Shown: one piece after another, positions 51,730 to 64,000 of the stretch
Position numbering within the stretch: position 1 is the first letter of the stretch
Layout: each line of letters starts with the position of its first letter
NCBI GenBank assembly: GCA_043228905.1
Contig: JBHGNT010000020.1
Location: forward strand, 15,500,001 to 15,564,000
Direction of reading: 5' to 3'
Length of the DNA: 64,000 nucleotides
Source: Azolla caroliniana
Taxonomy: Eukaryota; Plantae; Polypodiophyta
Translations under genes and position numbers: made by a program
The notes under the pieces: model-generated
Told to the model about the DNA's origin: nothing
Database searches by the model: none
Seen by the model: only the letters and a program-made list of their open reading frames with translations

Positions 51730-52497
51730 TTGTATAATACTTTGCATTTGTAACTAAAAACTTGTAACCATAAACTTGTTTTGTAATATAGGTTTTTTTT
51801 GTTTGAGTACCATTTCTTTACACTATTCCATTGGAGTCTTGAACTTTAAGTGTCTATTATATGTTTGCAAAGGTTGACTCGTAAAGTATGTGGTTAAGTA
51901 TAATTTTCATTGATAGAAGATGATGAACTATCCATAGTTACATGACAAATGTTGGTTCTAATAATTTCTTGATTAATATAATTGAATTTAGCTTTATTGT
52001 ATGATCTATGTTGTCTTTAATCTTGGTTATTGAGTTTCTAGTAAACACAATAATATTAAGTCAATGTTGTTGCTCACATGATAATACATTCACGTTGTTC
52101 ATGTATGATTGGGATATAATGTTCGTAGTAGTTTTTGGGCATGTGCGGTATATCATGCGATATTCATTTGTGAATATTGTGGTGGTCACATGGACCACAC
52201 CTAGATTAGGCCCCTACCAAGCCCCATGCACCACACATAGACCACACCCAAATTAGGCCCCTACCAAGCCTCATGCACCACACCCAAACTAGGCCCCCAC
52301 CAAGCCCCATAATTAGTAGAGCTAATTGGAGCGGGAGAACACCCTCCACGCTAAGAGAGAGTCTATAAAATGTAACTTGAGACATAATGAAAAAGGGGGC
52401 TATTCTTGAGAGCATTTCACATCTTGAGCATTTCACATCTTGGTGGAGAAGACGGGCCAAGCCACCCCAACTCACGACCCCAACAACGCCCGCCACG

Positions 52498-53448
52498 ATG
52501 CAACACGACAACAACGACGGCAACGCAAACTCGATGAATCCGGAATTCCTACAACACAATCAAGGACACCAGCCCACATCGCCAATCAACCAACTGGTTC
52601 AAGCTTTGTCCAACATCATTTTACAAGTTAACCATACTAACCAAGCCATGTTGTCCTTTCTTTCAGCACGATCCGAGCCACAACAAAATCTCCCGGACTC
52701 TCGAGTTCGCCCAAAACCGTTCTCCGGCCTACCATCGGAAGACGTCCTTTCTTGGCTGGATCATTTCGAAATGGTGGCCAGTTACCACCAGTGGCCACAC
52801 ACTCGGAAGGCAATGGAGATGAAGACACTCCTCGAGAATATCGCGGCAACATGGCTTGTACAACAACCCGAAGAGACACACAACGATTGGGATCTGTTAC
52901 GGGCAGCCATGATTCGGAATTTTGCTCATCAAGACTCCCGCCAGACGGCCCTACAACAACTTGAGTCAATTACCCAACAACCACGCGAACCCATCACCCA
53001 GTTCGCGGTTCGTTTTGTGCAGATCCTACGCCGGGCTGACGCCAACATGTCGGAGGACATGAAGTTGTTTTTTTTCTGGCCGCGTATACGACATGACCTC
53101 CGCCGCCGTGTACGCGATCAAGGCCCGACGACACTACACGAAGCCATCCTCACTGCCCAACGCATCGAAGCTGCAGACGCGCACGACATGCACACACCAG
53201 GTAATCTTAGTCATGATCATACAAACACTATACCAGCCGTCACTCCCATGGACATCGACATCCAGAATGCGCAATTACGTGCCAAGCGTGCATTGCCCGA
53301 ACGAGACAGCCAGGGACGCCCCAAATGTTTCTCCTACAACAACTATGGCCACATTCGGCGTCACTGCCGAAAGTGGCAGAATCACCAACAGAAGCAGAAC
53401 GTCCAATTAGCTGACGCTACCTCCCTCTCTGAGCTCCCGGAAAACTAA
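52498..53448 (+). CDS. Gag of the nested gypsy
   Basis: Open frame 52387-53448; the likely start is the ATG after the PBS. Motifs PKPFSGLPSEDVLSWLDHFE, PTTLHEAI..A, PMDID, and a degenerate knuckle CFSYNNYGHIRRHC. Confidence 0.85.
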   Translation: MQHDNNDGNANSMNPEFLQHNQGHQPTSPINQLVQALSNIILQVNHTNQAMLSFLSARSEPQQNLPDSRVRPKPFSGLPSEDVLSWLDHFEMVASYHQWPHTRKAMEMKTLLENIAATWLVQQPEETHNDWDLLRAAMIRNFAHQDSRQTALQQLESITQQPREPITQFAVRFVQILRRADANMSEDMKLFFFWPRIRHDLRRRVRDQGPTTLHEAILTAQRIEAADAHDMHTPGNLSHDHTNTIPAVTPMDIDIQNAQLRAKRALPERDSQGRPKCFSYNNYGHIRRHCRKWQNHQQKQNVQLADATSLSELPEN

Positions 53449-56400
53449 TGCGCGGGGTGCCGCAGGGAGAGCCGCCCCCGCACGTCCACGTCTCCACGTC
53501 CTCAACTTCTCCCGTTTCTCCCACGATCGAGCCGCCCCCGCACGTCCACGCCTCCACTTCATCAACTTCGCCCGTTTGTACCACAATTGCCCGCCCCCAG
53601 CACACGACCCAAGAAGTTCTCCTCGACTCCGGCAGCAGCATCTCTTCCATCAGCGCAGATTTAGTCACCCAATTACAACTTCCCACGAGCCACGCACCGC
53701 CCATTAAAATCCTCTTCGGCGACCAACAACGGGTGTACCACTCACATACGCAAGTCAGGTGCATGCTCACCATTAGTTCCGCCCAGATCCACCATCGTTT
53801 CTACGTCCTCCCGCGCCAGTTGTTCCCAATCACCTTGGGATGTGATTGGTTCCTCCATAGTCGAGCCTGTCTCGATTTCTCCGCACAACAGCTCATCCTC
53901 CCAAATCACATTCCGATCGCGCTCTTCACTACTCCGCGGGATACCACCCACATCAGCAACACACAGTACCTGATATCACCGGCAGAGCGCATCAACGACA
54001 TCAGACGGCTCCTCGCCACCTTTCCCTCGTTGTCTACACCACCTGTAAAACCTCCCTCGGTCCGTTTTCCGATTCACCACACGATTCCTACAGGCAATGC
54101 CCGCCCCATCAACGCAGCTCCCCGACGTCGCTCGCCTCTCGACCACGAGCGCATCGACAACGCCGTCAAAACTATGCTCCAACAAGGGATTATCACACCT
54201 TCCAAGAGCGAGTGGATCTCGGAGCCACACATGGTAAAGAAAGGGGATGGTTCTTACCGCTTTTGTGTCGACTTCCGACAACTGAACCATGTCACCACCC
54301 ATGACCGATACCCTCTCCCTCGTATCGATGACCTCCTCGACCAGCTTGGCAAATCAAAGTACTTCACCTCCCTCGATCTAGCCTCGGGATATTGGCAGAT
54401 CCCGATGAATCCTCACGATGCCCACAAAACTGCATTCCGCACTAGGAAAGGCATTTTTCAGTTCACACGGATGCCCTTTGGCCTATCTGATGCGGGGAGC
54501 ACATTCCAGCGAATGGCTAATGCCATCTTCGATGATCTCATCACCCGCCGTGTCGTCATCGTCTATCTAGACGATATTCTGGTACATACAAGCACTTGGG
54601 CAGAACACCTTCAAGTCCTTCGGGAGGTCCTAACTTGTGTTCAACGCTATCGATTGCAGCTGCAATGGAAGAAGTGCCGATGGGGTAGTACGTGCCTCCG
54701 CTTCCTTGGGTACGTCATCTCCTCCGAAGGAATACAAATGGACCCGGAGAAGACAGAAGCAGTCCAAAAATTCCCACGCCCCACCACAGTCAAGCAGCTT
54801 CAACGCTTCCTCGGCCTCCTCACGTTCTCTCTTCGTTTCATCCCACGGCTAGCCGACCTGTCAGCCCCACTACGCGCGCTCCTACAAAAAGACGCACCCT
54901 TCCTGTGGACCGAAGCCTACGAATCCAGCTTCCTGCAGCTCAAGAGAACACTCCAAGCCTCTGACCTCCTGGCCCACCCTGATTTCACGAAGCCTTTCCA
55001 TCTGCAGACGGATGCCTCCAATGTCGGCCTTCGTGCGGTCCTGCTCCAATCCGACGACAACGACCAACTCCGCCCGATTGCCTACATCAGTCGGTCACTT
55101 ACCAAAGCCGAACAAAATTACTCGACAACTGAAAAAGAGTTCCTCGCCATTGTCTGGGCATTCCATCGTTTCCACCCATACCTTCACGGATCAAATACAT
55201 CAGTCGAAACAGATCATCAGCCATTGCTCTCCCTCATAAAGAAGGCTCATCCACCCGGCCGCTTACTTCGTTGGGTTTTGGCGCCACAGGATTACACATT
55301 CACTCTGCGCTATCGCCATGGTCCACAAAACATCGTCGCCGATGGATTATCCCGCATATCCTTTCAGGTGAACCAGATCACCTCCAACACAATCGATGTC
55401 CCCATATCCTCATCCCAAATGGCCAACATGCAACAACACGACAAACAAATCCAAGATATCTGCCACCGCCTACGAGCTGAACCGACATCATCCCTCACCA
55501 AGCAATTCATGATCCAGGATAATGTCCTACTTTTTTGTCAAGTAGGCAAAGAACCCCGAGTCTACGTGCCTAAGCAACTACGCCAGTCTTACCTTCGTTT
55601 CTTCCACGATCACCCGTTGTCCGGCCACTTGGGTTTTCATAAGGTGCTCGACAAAATTCGTCGCAAATTCTATTGGCCTGGGCTACGCCACGAGGTCGCC
55701 TCCTACATCAAAGCATGCAACTTATGTCAGGCCATCAAATCACCTCAAGTGGCTCAAGGCCTCTTACATCCGATACAAGTTCAAGCTCCATTTGAAATCG
55801 TCGGATGGGACATTATGGGCCCCTTTCCCGACTCACAAGGAGGGAACAAATTCATCCTCGTCATCACCGAGTACTTGACGCGTTGGGCTGAGACGGCTGC
55901 TATCCCAGATGCAAAGGCTATGACCATCGCCTCCAAACTATTGGAGAAAATCATCTTCCCCCACGGTTGCCCACTCCAAATCTTGTCCGATTGAGGACCC
56001 CAGTTCAACGGTGAGCTCCTACGCCTCGTTTCAACACAACTAGGAATCCAACAGTTATTCACGTCACCCTACCATCCGCAAACGAATGGGTTGACGGAGC
56101 GCCTCAATCGAACCTTAAAACAACAAATCTCAGCCTACATCGATCCGCTGCACTCAACCTGGGACCGAATCTTGCCCTTCGTTACGCATGCCTACAACAC
56201 AACTGTGCAAGCCTCTACCCGCATTAGCCCATTTCGAGCCCTTTACGGAAGGGACCCGCGCTTACCCCCAGAAGTGGCAGTCCCGCAACCAACCACACGA
56301 CTCCACGCTGACGCAGTGTCTTGGTGGTCCCACCTACAACAACTCCAGCCCCTCCTCCGCAAAGCCATCACGAGCAACCTGCACCAGGCACAACTACGCC

Positions 56401-56732
56401 AAAAACGACAACACGATATAGGCCGTGTCGACCATCAATACCACGTCGGTGACAAAGTCCTCGTCTACTTCCCCATCCGTCGTCGCGATCTCAGCGAATC
56501 GCTCATGCACCGATGGATCGGTCCCTTCGAAGTTCAAAAGCAGATACGCGACACTACATACCTGCTCCGCCGCGCCTCCAACAACCGCTCTACCTTTGCT
56601 CACCAGTCTCGCATGAAGCCCTTCCATCAACTACCACCGCCCCCGCCCACACTCATGCCTACGCCCACGCCCGTGTCATCCCCCCGTCTGGAGCCGTCGC
56701 CCACGCCTCGTCGCGCTTCGACTGCACAGTAA
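53448..56732 (+). pseudogene. Pol of the nested gypsy (PR-RT-RH-IN), one premature TGA at 55992-55994
   Basis: LLDSGS, FCVDFR, LDLASGYWQ, YLDDI, QTDAS, HDHPLSGHLG, WDIMGP, SD*GPQF, NGLTER, WIGPF. Pol is in the -1 frame relative to gag. Confidence 0.92.
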
Positions 56733-57400
56733 CTTTTTTTTTTACAAGGGGGAATTGTGGTGGTCACATGGACCACACCTAGATTAGGCCCCTACCAAGC
56801 CCCATGCACCACACATAGACCACACCCAAATTAGGCCCCTACCAAGCCTCATGCACCACACCCAAACTAGGCCCCCACCAAGCCCCATAATTAGTAGAGC
56901 TAATTGGAGCGGGAGAACACCCTCCACGCTAAGAGAGAGTCTATAAAATGTAACTTGAGACATAATGAAAAAGGGGGCTATTCTTGAGAGCATTTCACAA
57001 TATGTTTCTAGTTATATCCAAAAGTGTCATTTACTAATTCAATATAACAATATTTCTAGGATTTAGAGACAAATAGAGGAACAAAATTGCATTTCTAAAT
57101 TTGTTAAGTTGGATTTGAAATCAACATTATGTACAATGAAGCATATTAAAATTATGGTGGGGATGCATTCCCGTAATCGAACCTAAGAGTCAGATAAATT
57201 TGTGTATAAATTGAGAAAATATAGGTTAAATTTGAAATCTTGATAATATTAACTGTATTTTTTAGTGATGTTTTTAAAAGTCATGTGCGCATGTGTGATA
57301 CATTCTTGAAAGTTTGTTCAAAAATAGTAATTCTTGACATCTCATGTATTTATCAATAAAGGAACACGACATATTACTTGTTCTAAATGATCCGGTGTTT

Positions 57401-57514
57401 TTTTACCATTTTTCTGTAACTCTTGAGTTCTCTCTCTCTCTCTCTCTCTCCACACACACACACACACACACACACACTTCTTCCGCTGCACAGAATCATC
57501 ACCGGTTCTTTACA
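57401..57514 (+). repeat. Copia LTR, right part
   Basis: Homologous to 31221-31333; ends ...TTCTTTACA. Confidence 0.85.
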
Positions 57515-57799
57515 ATAACCATTTCCCAGAACAAAAAGATATTATAAAAAATACTTCTATCTTGCAAAAAACCAGATTGTGTGTCATGAATAATAGATGG
57601 CAATACAACTCGTAATCTAATAACAATAGTTTTTGCCGCAATCTTATACACGACATTAAGCAATGCTATTGGCGGCCACTTGGAGACTTAATCACACTTA
57701 ACATCTGACTTAAGAGTCATATATATGATTCCTTTTGTCCATTCCTCAGGCATATTACCACTTGAGAATATTAAATTAACTACTCTAGTAAGGAGAGGA

Positions 57800-59900
57800 C
57801 CAAGAAAATTCTAATAATGCAAATAGAAGCCAATTCGTATTCCTTCTTTTCTCGGACAAACATCCTTACCTAAGGATTTAGGCGCAGCAAAAACCTCTTG
57901 AGATGTAAATGGTTGTAATAACTGAGGGGCCATTACATTTGTAACTTTCTGTTGAACAATTACAAGAACAACTTATATCTTGTAAAAATTGTTTGTCATA
58001 AAAGATTCAACAGACAATAACTTATGATAATAATCCGAGATTATACTTCGCATCTCAGAGACATCTGATGTATAGGATCCATCAAGCCGCTTCAAAGAAG
58101 TAATAGAAAGTGATCTAGTTTTTTGTTTAAACTAATTGAAGAATTCCCTATATTGATCTGATCCTGCCTTTGCGACAATGAGCAACAGTACGACAGTAAA
58201 AGAACATTGAGCATGCCTCCTATTTTTTCCTTAAAGTGCTTTTTACTTGCTGCAAATCACAAGATAATATAGATGAAGTTGGATACCTTTCCAACAATTG
58301 TTGTAATGCTGCAAGAGCACGACACAAGTTGGCAATTTCTGAAGTGTAGTGATAAACAGACGCTGAAACTATTTTTGTGAATAGAATCTTTGTATCAAGT
58401 ATGGCATGAACCATATTGCTAATCAAACAATCATCCGAGAAATTGTAATTTGACCATATCTGAGTGATTGGTAGTCGATGACTATAATTAGAGAACAATG
58501 CATGAGGGATACACAATTGCCTAGAATATCACCTCTTAGTAAATGTAACATGCAAATTCATAGGTTCGTGGTAAGAGACAGTTGATAGCAGAATAATTCC
58601 TATGGATCCACCCGTCTCCCAAAAAACACTACTAGCATAAAATCTATTTAGTTGAGACAAATTTGTTGCAACCAAACTCCCATCTCATCTAGAAAACTGA
58701 AGGGATCCTTGTATACATGAAAATGAATGCACCTTCCATAAATCAAGCAAACCATAAGCAAAACAAAAGTAGTCCCAACACTTAGCTTCCCATCCTAAAA
58801 TTGTAGTAGTTATACCTCCCATTCTATCAGTTACATCCTCAATCATATTAAAGTCACCTCCCACCAACCAACAATCTGCTAAACTCGCATAATCACACAA
58901 AGATAGTCATAACCTTGCCCTTTCTGACGTAGAATTAGGGGCATAGAGATTCATCAAACCAATCTTCTGGGATCCCATTTTTACAATAAGGAATTGTGCC
59001 CGTTTATTCATAATAATAGCAGTTGACACGATGATAGACTGCAAATGTTGTTTAATAGCAATGCATAATCTAGCCTAGTGGCCAGTGGGGCCAAGAATCC
59101 AGAAATGAGTCCACCGTCTTGGTAAAATAGATCTATACTTCCGAATCCTATCCATGCATAGGTGATGCTCTTGTAAAAAAGAATATCAATAGTACCTACA
59201 TTAGCAATACCTATATCCAAGCGTAAAAGTCTTTAGATCTACGATAAAGCTTGACCACCTAGGCCTTGCACATTCCAGGAAAGAAGATGTAAGGTGTCCA
59301 TCTTACACAGATTTTATTGGTGTCCTTTTCTCAACAAGAGCATCCTGACGGCCTTTTTGGGCACCCTCCAGAGATCTTGCTTGTCTTTTTAAAAGCAGAT
59401 AGTTCCCTGCATACTTATGCACCCTATGATCCTTAACTTGCTTTTGAGGGGTTTGAAGTGTTAGAGTATCCTGTGAAACTATGAATTGAAATCCAGCACA
59501 AGGAAGTTTATCTACTCCTTGAGCCATTTCAAAACCCATAATATTTGATTGACCAGAAACAGGTTTTCCTATGAGCTTTTCAAAAGGAATTGAATTAACA
59601 GAAACATCGATTTGTTGGTTTGATTCGATTCCCATAACACTTGGAGTGCATTTCTACATCTGTAGTATCTTGAGCAGAAACAACTTTTCCTTTTAATTTT
59701 TCAGAAGAAACCAAATTAACAAATGTTATCAATTGATGATTCTCAACAATTTTCAAGGGTGGCTGGCCTGCTACCAACAACAGGAAAGGGAAAGACTTAG
59801 GCAATTGAGTGGAAAGCAAGTCTGTCTTTTGTGAGGAAAAACGTGAATTAAATCTCTATTGGGAAAGGTGGGACAATGGATGATCCGAAGTATTCACTTC
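57800..59900 (-). mobile_element. Decayed L1-type LINE (ORF1 tail and ORF2 APE endonuclease, 3'-truncated)
   Basis: ORF2 ATG at 59301: MDTLHLLSWNVQGLG...LMNLYAPNSTSERAR...WLVGGDFNMIE...LSQLNRFY...PFTSQEVFAAPKSLGKD. Confidence 0.8.
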
Positions 59901-61377
59901 ATGTGAACGATCCTCTTCTACATGGAGGATAGAATACCTATTTTGTAAGGGGGAAAATTCCTTTAAATTATTATTTGACACATGATGAGGCTTGTCATGA
60001 GATACATGTGAAGATGTCTTCTTATGCCCTACCTCAGTCCAACCATCATATCTATCCTGATACGGAACTATAGTTGTATTGGGTACATGGCTTGTCCATA
60101 TATTTATTCAATTTTGGGCAATTTTTTGCCAAATGGCTAAATCCAAAACAACGAAAACATGATTTGGCAAACCCCTATACAAGATTTTTTGAGAATAAGA
60201 TTCCTGCCTTGAGTCAAGTAAATTGGGCAACAAGATATTTGAGGGCAAAACTGTAGACTTAGAAATCAAAAGTTTTGTGATGCAACTCCCATATACCTAT
60301 CTTCGATCGGTATCGGACGAGGCTTATCATAAGTTTCCAAGACTATACCAATAGTGTTGGCAATTAGATGCACAAAAGGCATCCAGTCTTTGCAACTTTT
60401 GAGGTTGACTTCATGTATATACTGTGTGAAAACAATTCACAATAGAAGTTAGTGTGCCTCAAGAACCATCTTAGCAACATTCAAACATCCTATGTATGAA
60501 GATACAGAAGGCTTGTTTTACTCTCTGTAACTTTCTCAGATTTGTTGTATGCATGCTGCAAGTTTTGATTTTTCTTCTGACAAGTAGTCATTTTTCATCT
60601 GTGTACTCATATGTAGAAAAAAAGAAATTAACAAAAGAAAACCTTTTATTTGGGACTCTTTGAATACATGTACATGCATTAAAGAACGTACTCTCGCATC
60701 TTGAAAAAATACAATGATCCCAGCAGTTGGACTCTTTGAGACATGCAATAAGCTTTTAAACGATTCATGGATCAATAAGAAATTATATGATCTTATCAGA
60801 TGGATGCATTTCCTAATACTAAAGGAGTTGAAATGTCATATGCATTTGGTATATGGGGGGGGATTCAATTACTTTGGCATATGGATACATTTCCTGATGA
60901 CTACAAAATAATTAGTTAAAATGGTCATACATAGGTGTGCTATAAAGTTTAAACAATCCATTGATTGGTTGCGTATTTATATTAGCATATGGTTTATACA
61001 GAATCCAAGGCCTAATTTATTTTATTGATAATGTTTGAACACTTATTGCTTGCGTATTTAAACTAGCATAACCAAGAATTTAGTAAGTGTTTATTTTACT
61101 GATAATGTTTATACAAAATGATGTATTGTCGGATGGTTGTACTTCCTAATACTGTAGGAATTGAAATGTCATAGGCTATTCATATATGGGGGAATCAATT
61201 ACTTTAATCAGATTCACGTGCCATTTCCCCAAGACTACGTTATTAATTATGATGTCCATACATAAGTAAGATACGAATGGTTCAAAAAATCTGACATAAT
61301 CAAACATTTAATTACTGTATATGCCATCAAACAACATTCTGTGTGAAGTGCGTTTAGTTCTTTTATCCTGTACAAGG

Positions 61378-61650
61378 TGTATTGATTACACGCCCAATTG
61401 ATTGTTGATCCTTGTTGATCATTCACTTCTGCTTAGGTATCTTGAATTTCCTGGTGACGCTTTCAATCCTTTTAGAAAACCGAATAGAAAGTGAACAATG
61501 CGAACATAAAGAAAAGTGTATTGATTACGCGCCCAATTGATTGTTGATCCTTGTTGATCATTCACTTCTGCTTAGGTATCTTGAATTTCCTGGTGACGCT
61601 TTCAATCCTTTTAGAAAATCAAATAGAAAGTGAACAATGCTAACATAAAT
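61378..61650. repeat. ~139-bp tandem duplication
   Basis: TGTATTGATTAC.CGCCCAATTGATTGTTGATCC...GAAAGTGAACAATGC.AACATAAA twice. Confidence 0.9.
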
Positions 61651-61840
61651 AAAGGTGTGAAGGAAATTTACCCGTGATATATAAACACATTAAATGTAGT
61701 GAATAGGCATTACCTTGTCACACGTAAACTTCTCTTTTCCAGTAGACTCATTTAATGTTTAGATGGCTTATGATTATATTTTGTTCTTTGCGCTAGAATT
61801 TTATTTGAATTTTATTGCAATCCACAACAATCTCCCTGAT

Positions 61841-62937
61841 TCACCCCTCAATGCCTTGCCTAATCTTTCTGATTCCAACCTGCATGATTGCATACTTAAA
61901 GACCCAGGATTCATACATTTATAGAAGCATGAGCGATTGAATGAGTTTGAGACCTGAGTTTCACATATTAATTCATACCTGTTTTGGGAGCTTCCACCGA
62001 TTTCTAACTTTCTTAAGAGACTGCCTTGAAGTTTTACAGCCTTTCTTATGGGCAAGTTGAGTTCTCCATTTGTTTGGTAGGTCCTGCATAATGAGAGAAT
62101 TGAGTTGAAACCTCGATTGCATTATGAAACTCAATATTACGTTTACATGATAATGCAAAATAAATTTTAGTTGTAGTAAACAGAAAGAATTGGGCACCTC
62201 ATATACTGACTCCATGAAATGTTTCCAAATCAGTGCAGCATGAGAAGCTCCAGTGCCTATCAAGAACAATTCACAGGTTTTAAAAATATTAAAAACGACA
62301 ACATGATAATAAACTTCCCCAAAAATCACAACCTGGATGGTGGTTGCTGACACAGCTATTGTCATCATATCCCTGCCACACCTGGTACAAGAATAAATTA
62401 TCCATGACATCATTCTAGATTCACTTAACACTATTCTAAACCTCAGAAATAATCTATTTCTTCTATGAACTTCTTACCAAACAACTAAGATATGGGGTGA
62501 AGCCTGCAAACCACGCATCATGATGTCCACTTGAGGTTCCTGACATCCCAGCAGCACACATTCGAGTCTGTGCACTTTTCCCACTTCCTCTCTGGAGAAC
62601 CGCCTGCCACATGAAGACGAATCCTGAGAAAAATATGAAATTGTATCGAAGTCTTTTACATGTAAGAGTTACCTGCAGCAATTTATGTAGCTCTATAATT
62701 GCATGTTCACTAACAACTCGATCATTATGGGAGACATGATGCTGCATTGAATAACATAGAGATAGAAATGAACAAATGATTGAGAATTCAGATTTACGTT
62801 CAACACAAAAAACTGCTGCTTACCTTTTCCAAGATTTCACCCTCTTTGGTTTCGATTTGGGTGATTAGGTATGGCTTGTGAAAATTGCCTCTAGCAGCAA
62901 TGGTGGCGTACACAGTTGCTAATTCAATCAGAGTGAC
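61841..62937 (-). CDS. 3' exons of a penicillin-binding protein 1A-like gene (plastid peptidoglycan transpeptidase domain); 5' part lies upstream or outside the window
   Basis: Spliced exons: VTLIELATVYATIAARGNFHKPYLITQIETKEGEILEK | HHVSHNDRVVSEHAIIELHKLLQ | AVLQRGSGKSA...AAGMSGTSSGHHDAWFAGFTPYLSCL | VWQGYDDN | GTGASHAALIWKHFME | ... | VGIRKIRQGIEG*. All junctions are GT-AG. Confidence 0.85.
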
Positions 62938-64000
62938 CTACCAGTATGGAAGATAAAAAAACATGAAACAAGAATGTTGGTATCTTTCATCCATATGAAG
63001 TTTCAGGAAGCACTTGAAAAGTCTCAGCAATATGCAAGCAAAACAGAGATCCATAAATTATTTGCCAAATTTTACCCTTTAAAGATAATGGAACACAATA
63101 AATAGCGCCTTATTCTACCCTTTTCCACCACAATCAGTTGTAGATGTCTACAAATCTAGGCTGTGGCTCTCATCACAAGTACATTTGATAATAAGCATAT
63201 CATGCACTGCTCTTGTGTGGTTGATAAAGACATTAGATCAAGTGGCAGTCTTAAATTTGAATATTTCATCATATTACATCACACTAGGTCATGGACTGTG
63301 CTTTGATTTTGGATCAATAAGAACAGCTAATGGGTATTCACATTGAAACTACACCTGGATTCAACCTAAATCGTGGACATCTTTCTATATTCAAATGATG
63401 ATGCACAACACCTGTTGGCATCATAAAATTCTGGTTGCGGCAAATGCAAGGTGACAACAAGCCAATGATGAGATGGTTTTAAATTTCAGTGACATATAGT
63501 CGATCTCTACCGCAGGTTTTCACATAGATGTAAAAAATCAGTAAAGACTATGAATCCATTTTGGTATTTTCTTTTATTGATAAATAGTAGAGGATAATGC
63601 AACAAACCCTAAACATGAAGCCCAAATTCTAGAGAACAAGCAATGACTCTTTTTTTTCTGTTTTAGAATTAAAACCCATATATAGAGTTTCCATCAAAAC
63701 CAATTTTAGCCATGACATTTTCTTGCCTTTTTATTCTCTTCTGATCATAAATCAGTTATGATCCCTGCAGATTTTTGCATTAACAAATGCCACTCTTCAA
63801 ACAACATAGCTTAGCCCTCTCACTTATCCACTCATTGCTTTCAAGTGAACTTACGTATGCCTCACTTACAGTGATTTTGTAAGGCACATGTTTACAATTG
63901 GATGCACAAATATCAGAATTCAATGCTAACTGGACCAATGACACGCCAATCCATGGCCTACCATGGTTCCTCTGGTCTATGAACCATCCAAAAGAGAACA

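Larger units (their letters stand above)
52178..56999 (+). mobile_element. Young 4.8-kb Ty3/gypsy LTR retrotransposon nested in the DNA transposon
   Basis: 244-bp LTRs at 52178-52421 and 56756-56999, identical by eye. TSD ATAT; PBS TGGTGGAGAAGACGGG (tRNA-Ala-like) at 52441; PPT AAGGGGGAA. Confidence 0.95.
39336..57400. mobile_element. TIR DNA transposon (Sola1-like DDE transposase) carrying a ParB-like/DNA amino-methyltransferase gene, with two nested LTR elements
   Basis: 34-bp TIRs AAACACCGGGTCATTTGGAAGAGGTAATATGTCG (39336-39369) and 57367-57400 (30/34 match). The flanks rejoin into one copia LTR with a T-rich 3-4-bp duplication (TTT or ATTT/TTTT). Confidence 0.85.

Noticed and set aside
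63855-64000. Possible further PBP exon
   Set aside because: No recognisable PBP motif in the minus-strand frames I read.

Overview
This is nuclear DNA from a seed-free land plant, most likely a fern (inferred from intron-containing CHL27, gamma-CA and RPB5-like genes, a peptidoglycan PBP1A-type gene, and GA/GT microsatellites). Four host genes sit among heavily nested transposons. (1) A 15.6-kb Athila-like Ty3/gypsy element (675-16279; AAGCT TSD, 568-bp LTRs) carries a second aspartic-protease-like domain after integrase, a hairpin array, and a decayed ~1,440-codon extra ORF preceded by a likely intron. (2) Several copia, gypsy and LINE remnants follow. (3) An ~18-kb TIR DNA transposon (39336-57400; ~7.6 kb without its two nested LTR elements) splits a copia LTR. 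It encodes a Sola1-like DDE transposase on the minus strand and, divergently, a multi-exon gene fusing a ParB/Srx-like domain to a beta-class N6-adenine/N4-cytosine DNA methyltransferase (DIPY ... YQKP ... DLFSSTG motifs). This methyltransferase-carrying transposon is the most striking system, although this copy is pseudogenised. Also notable are a very young gypsy with a 4-bp TSD, tRNA-Ala PBS and arthropod-like motifs, and a PBP whose KTG motif reads MSG. All alignments and counts were done by eye.
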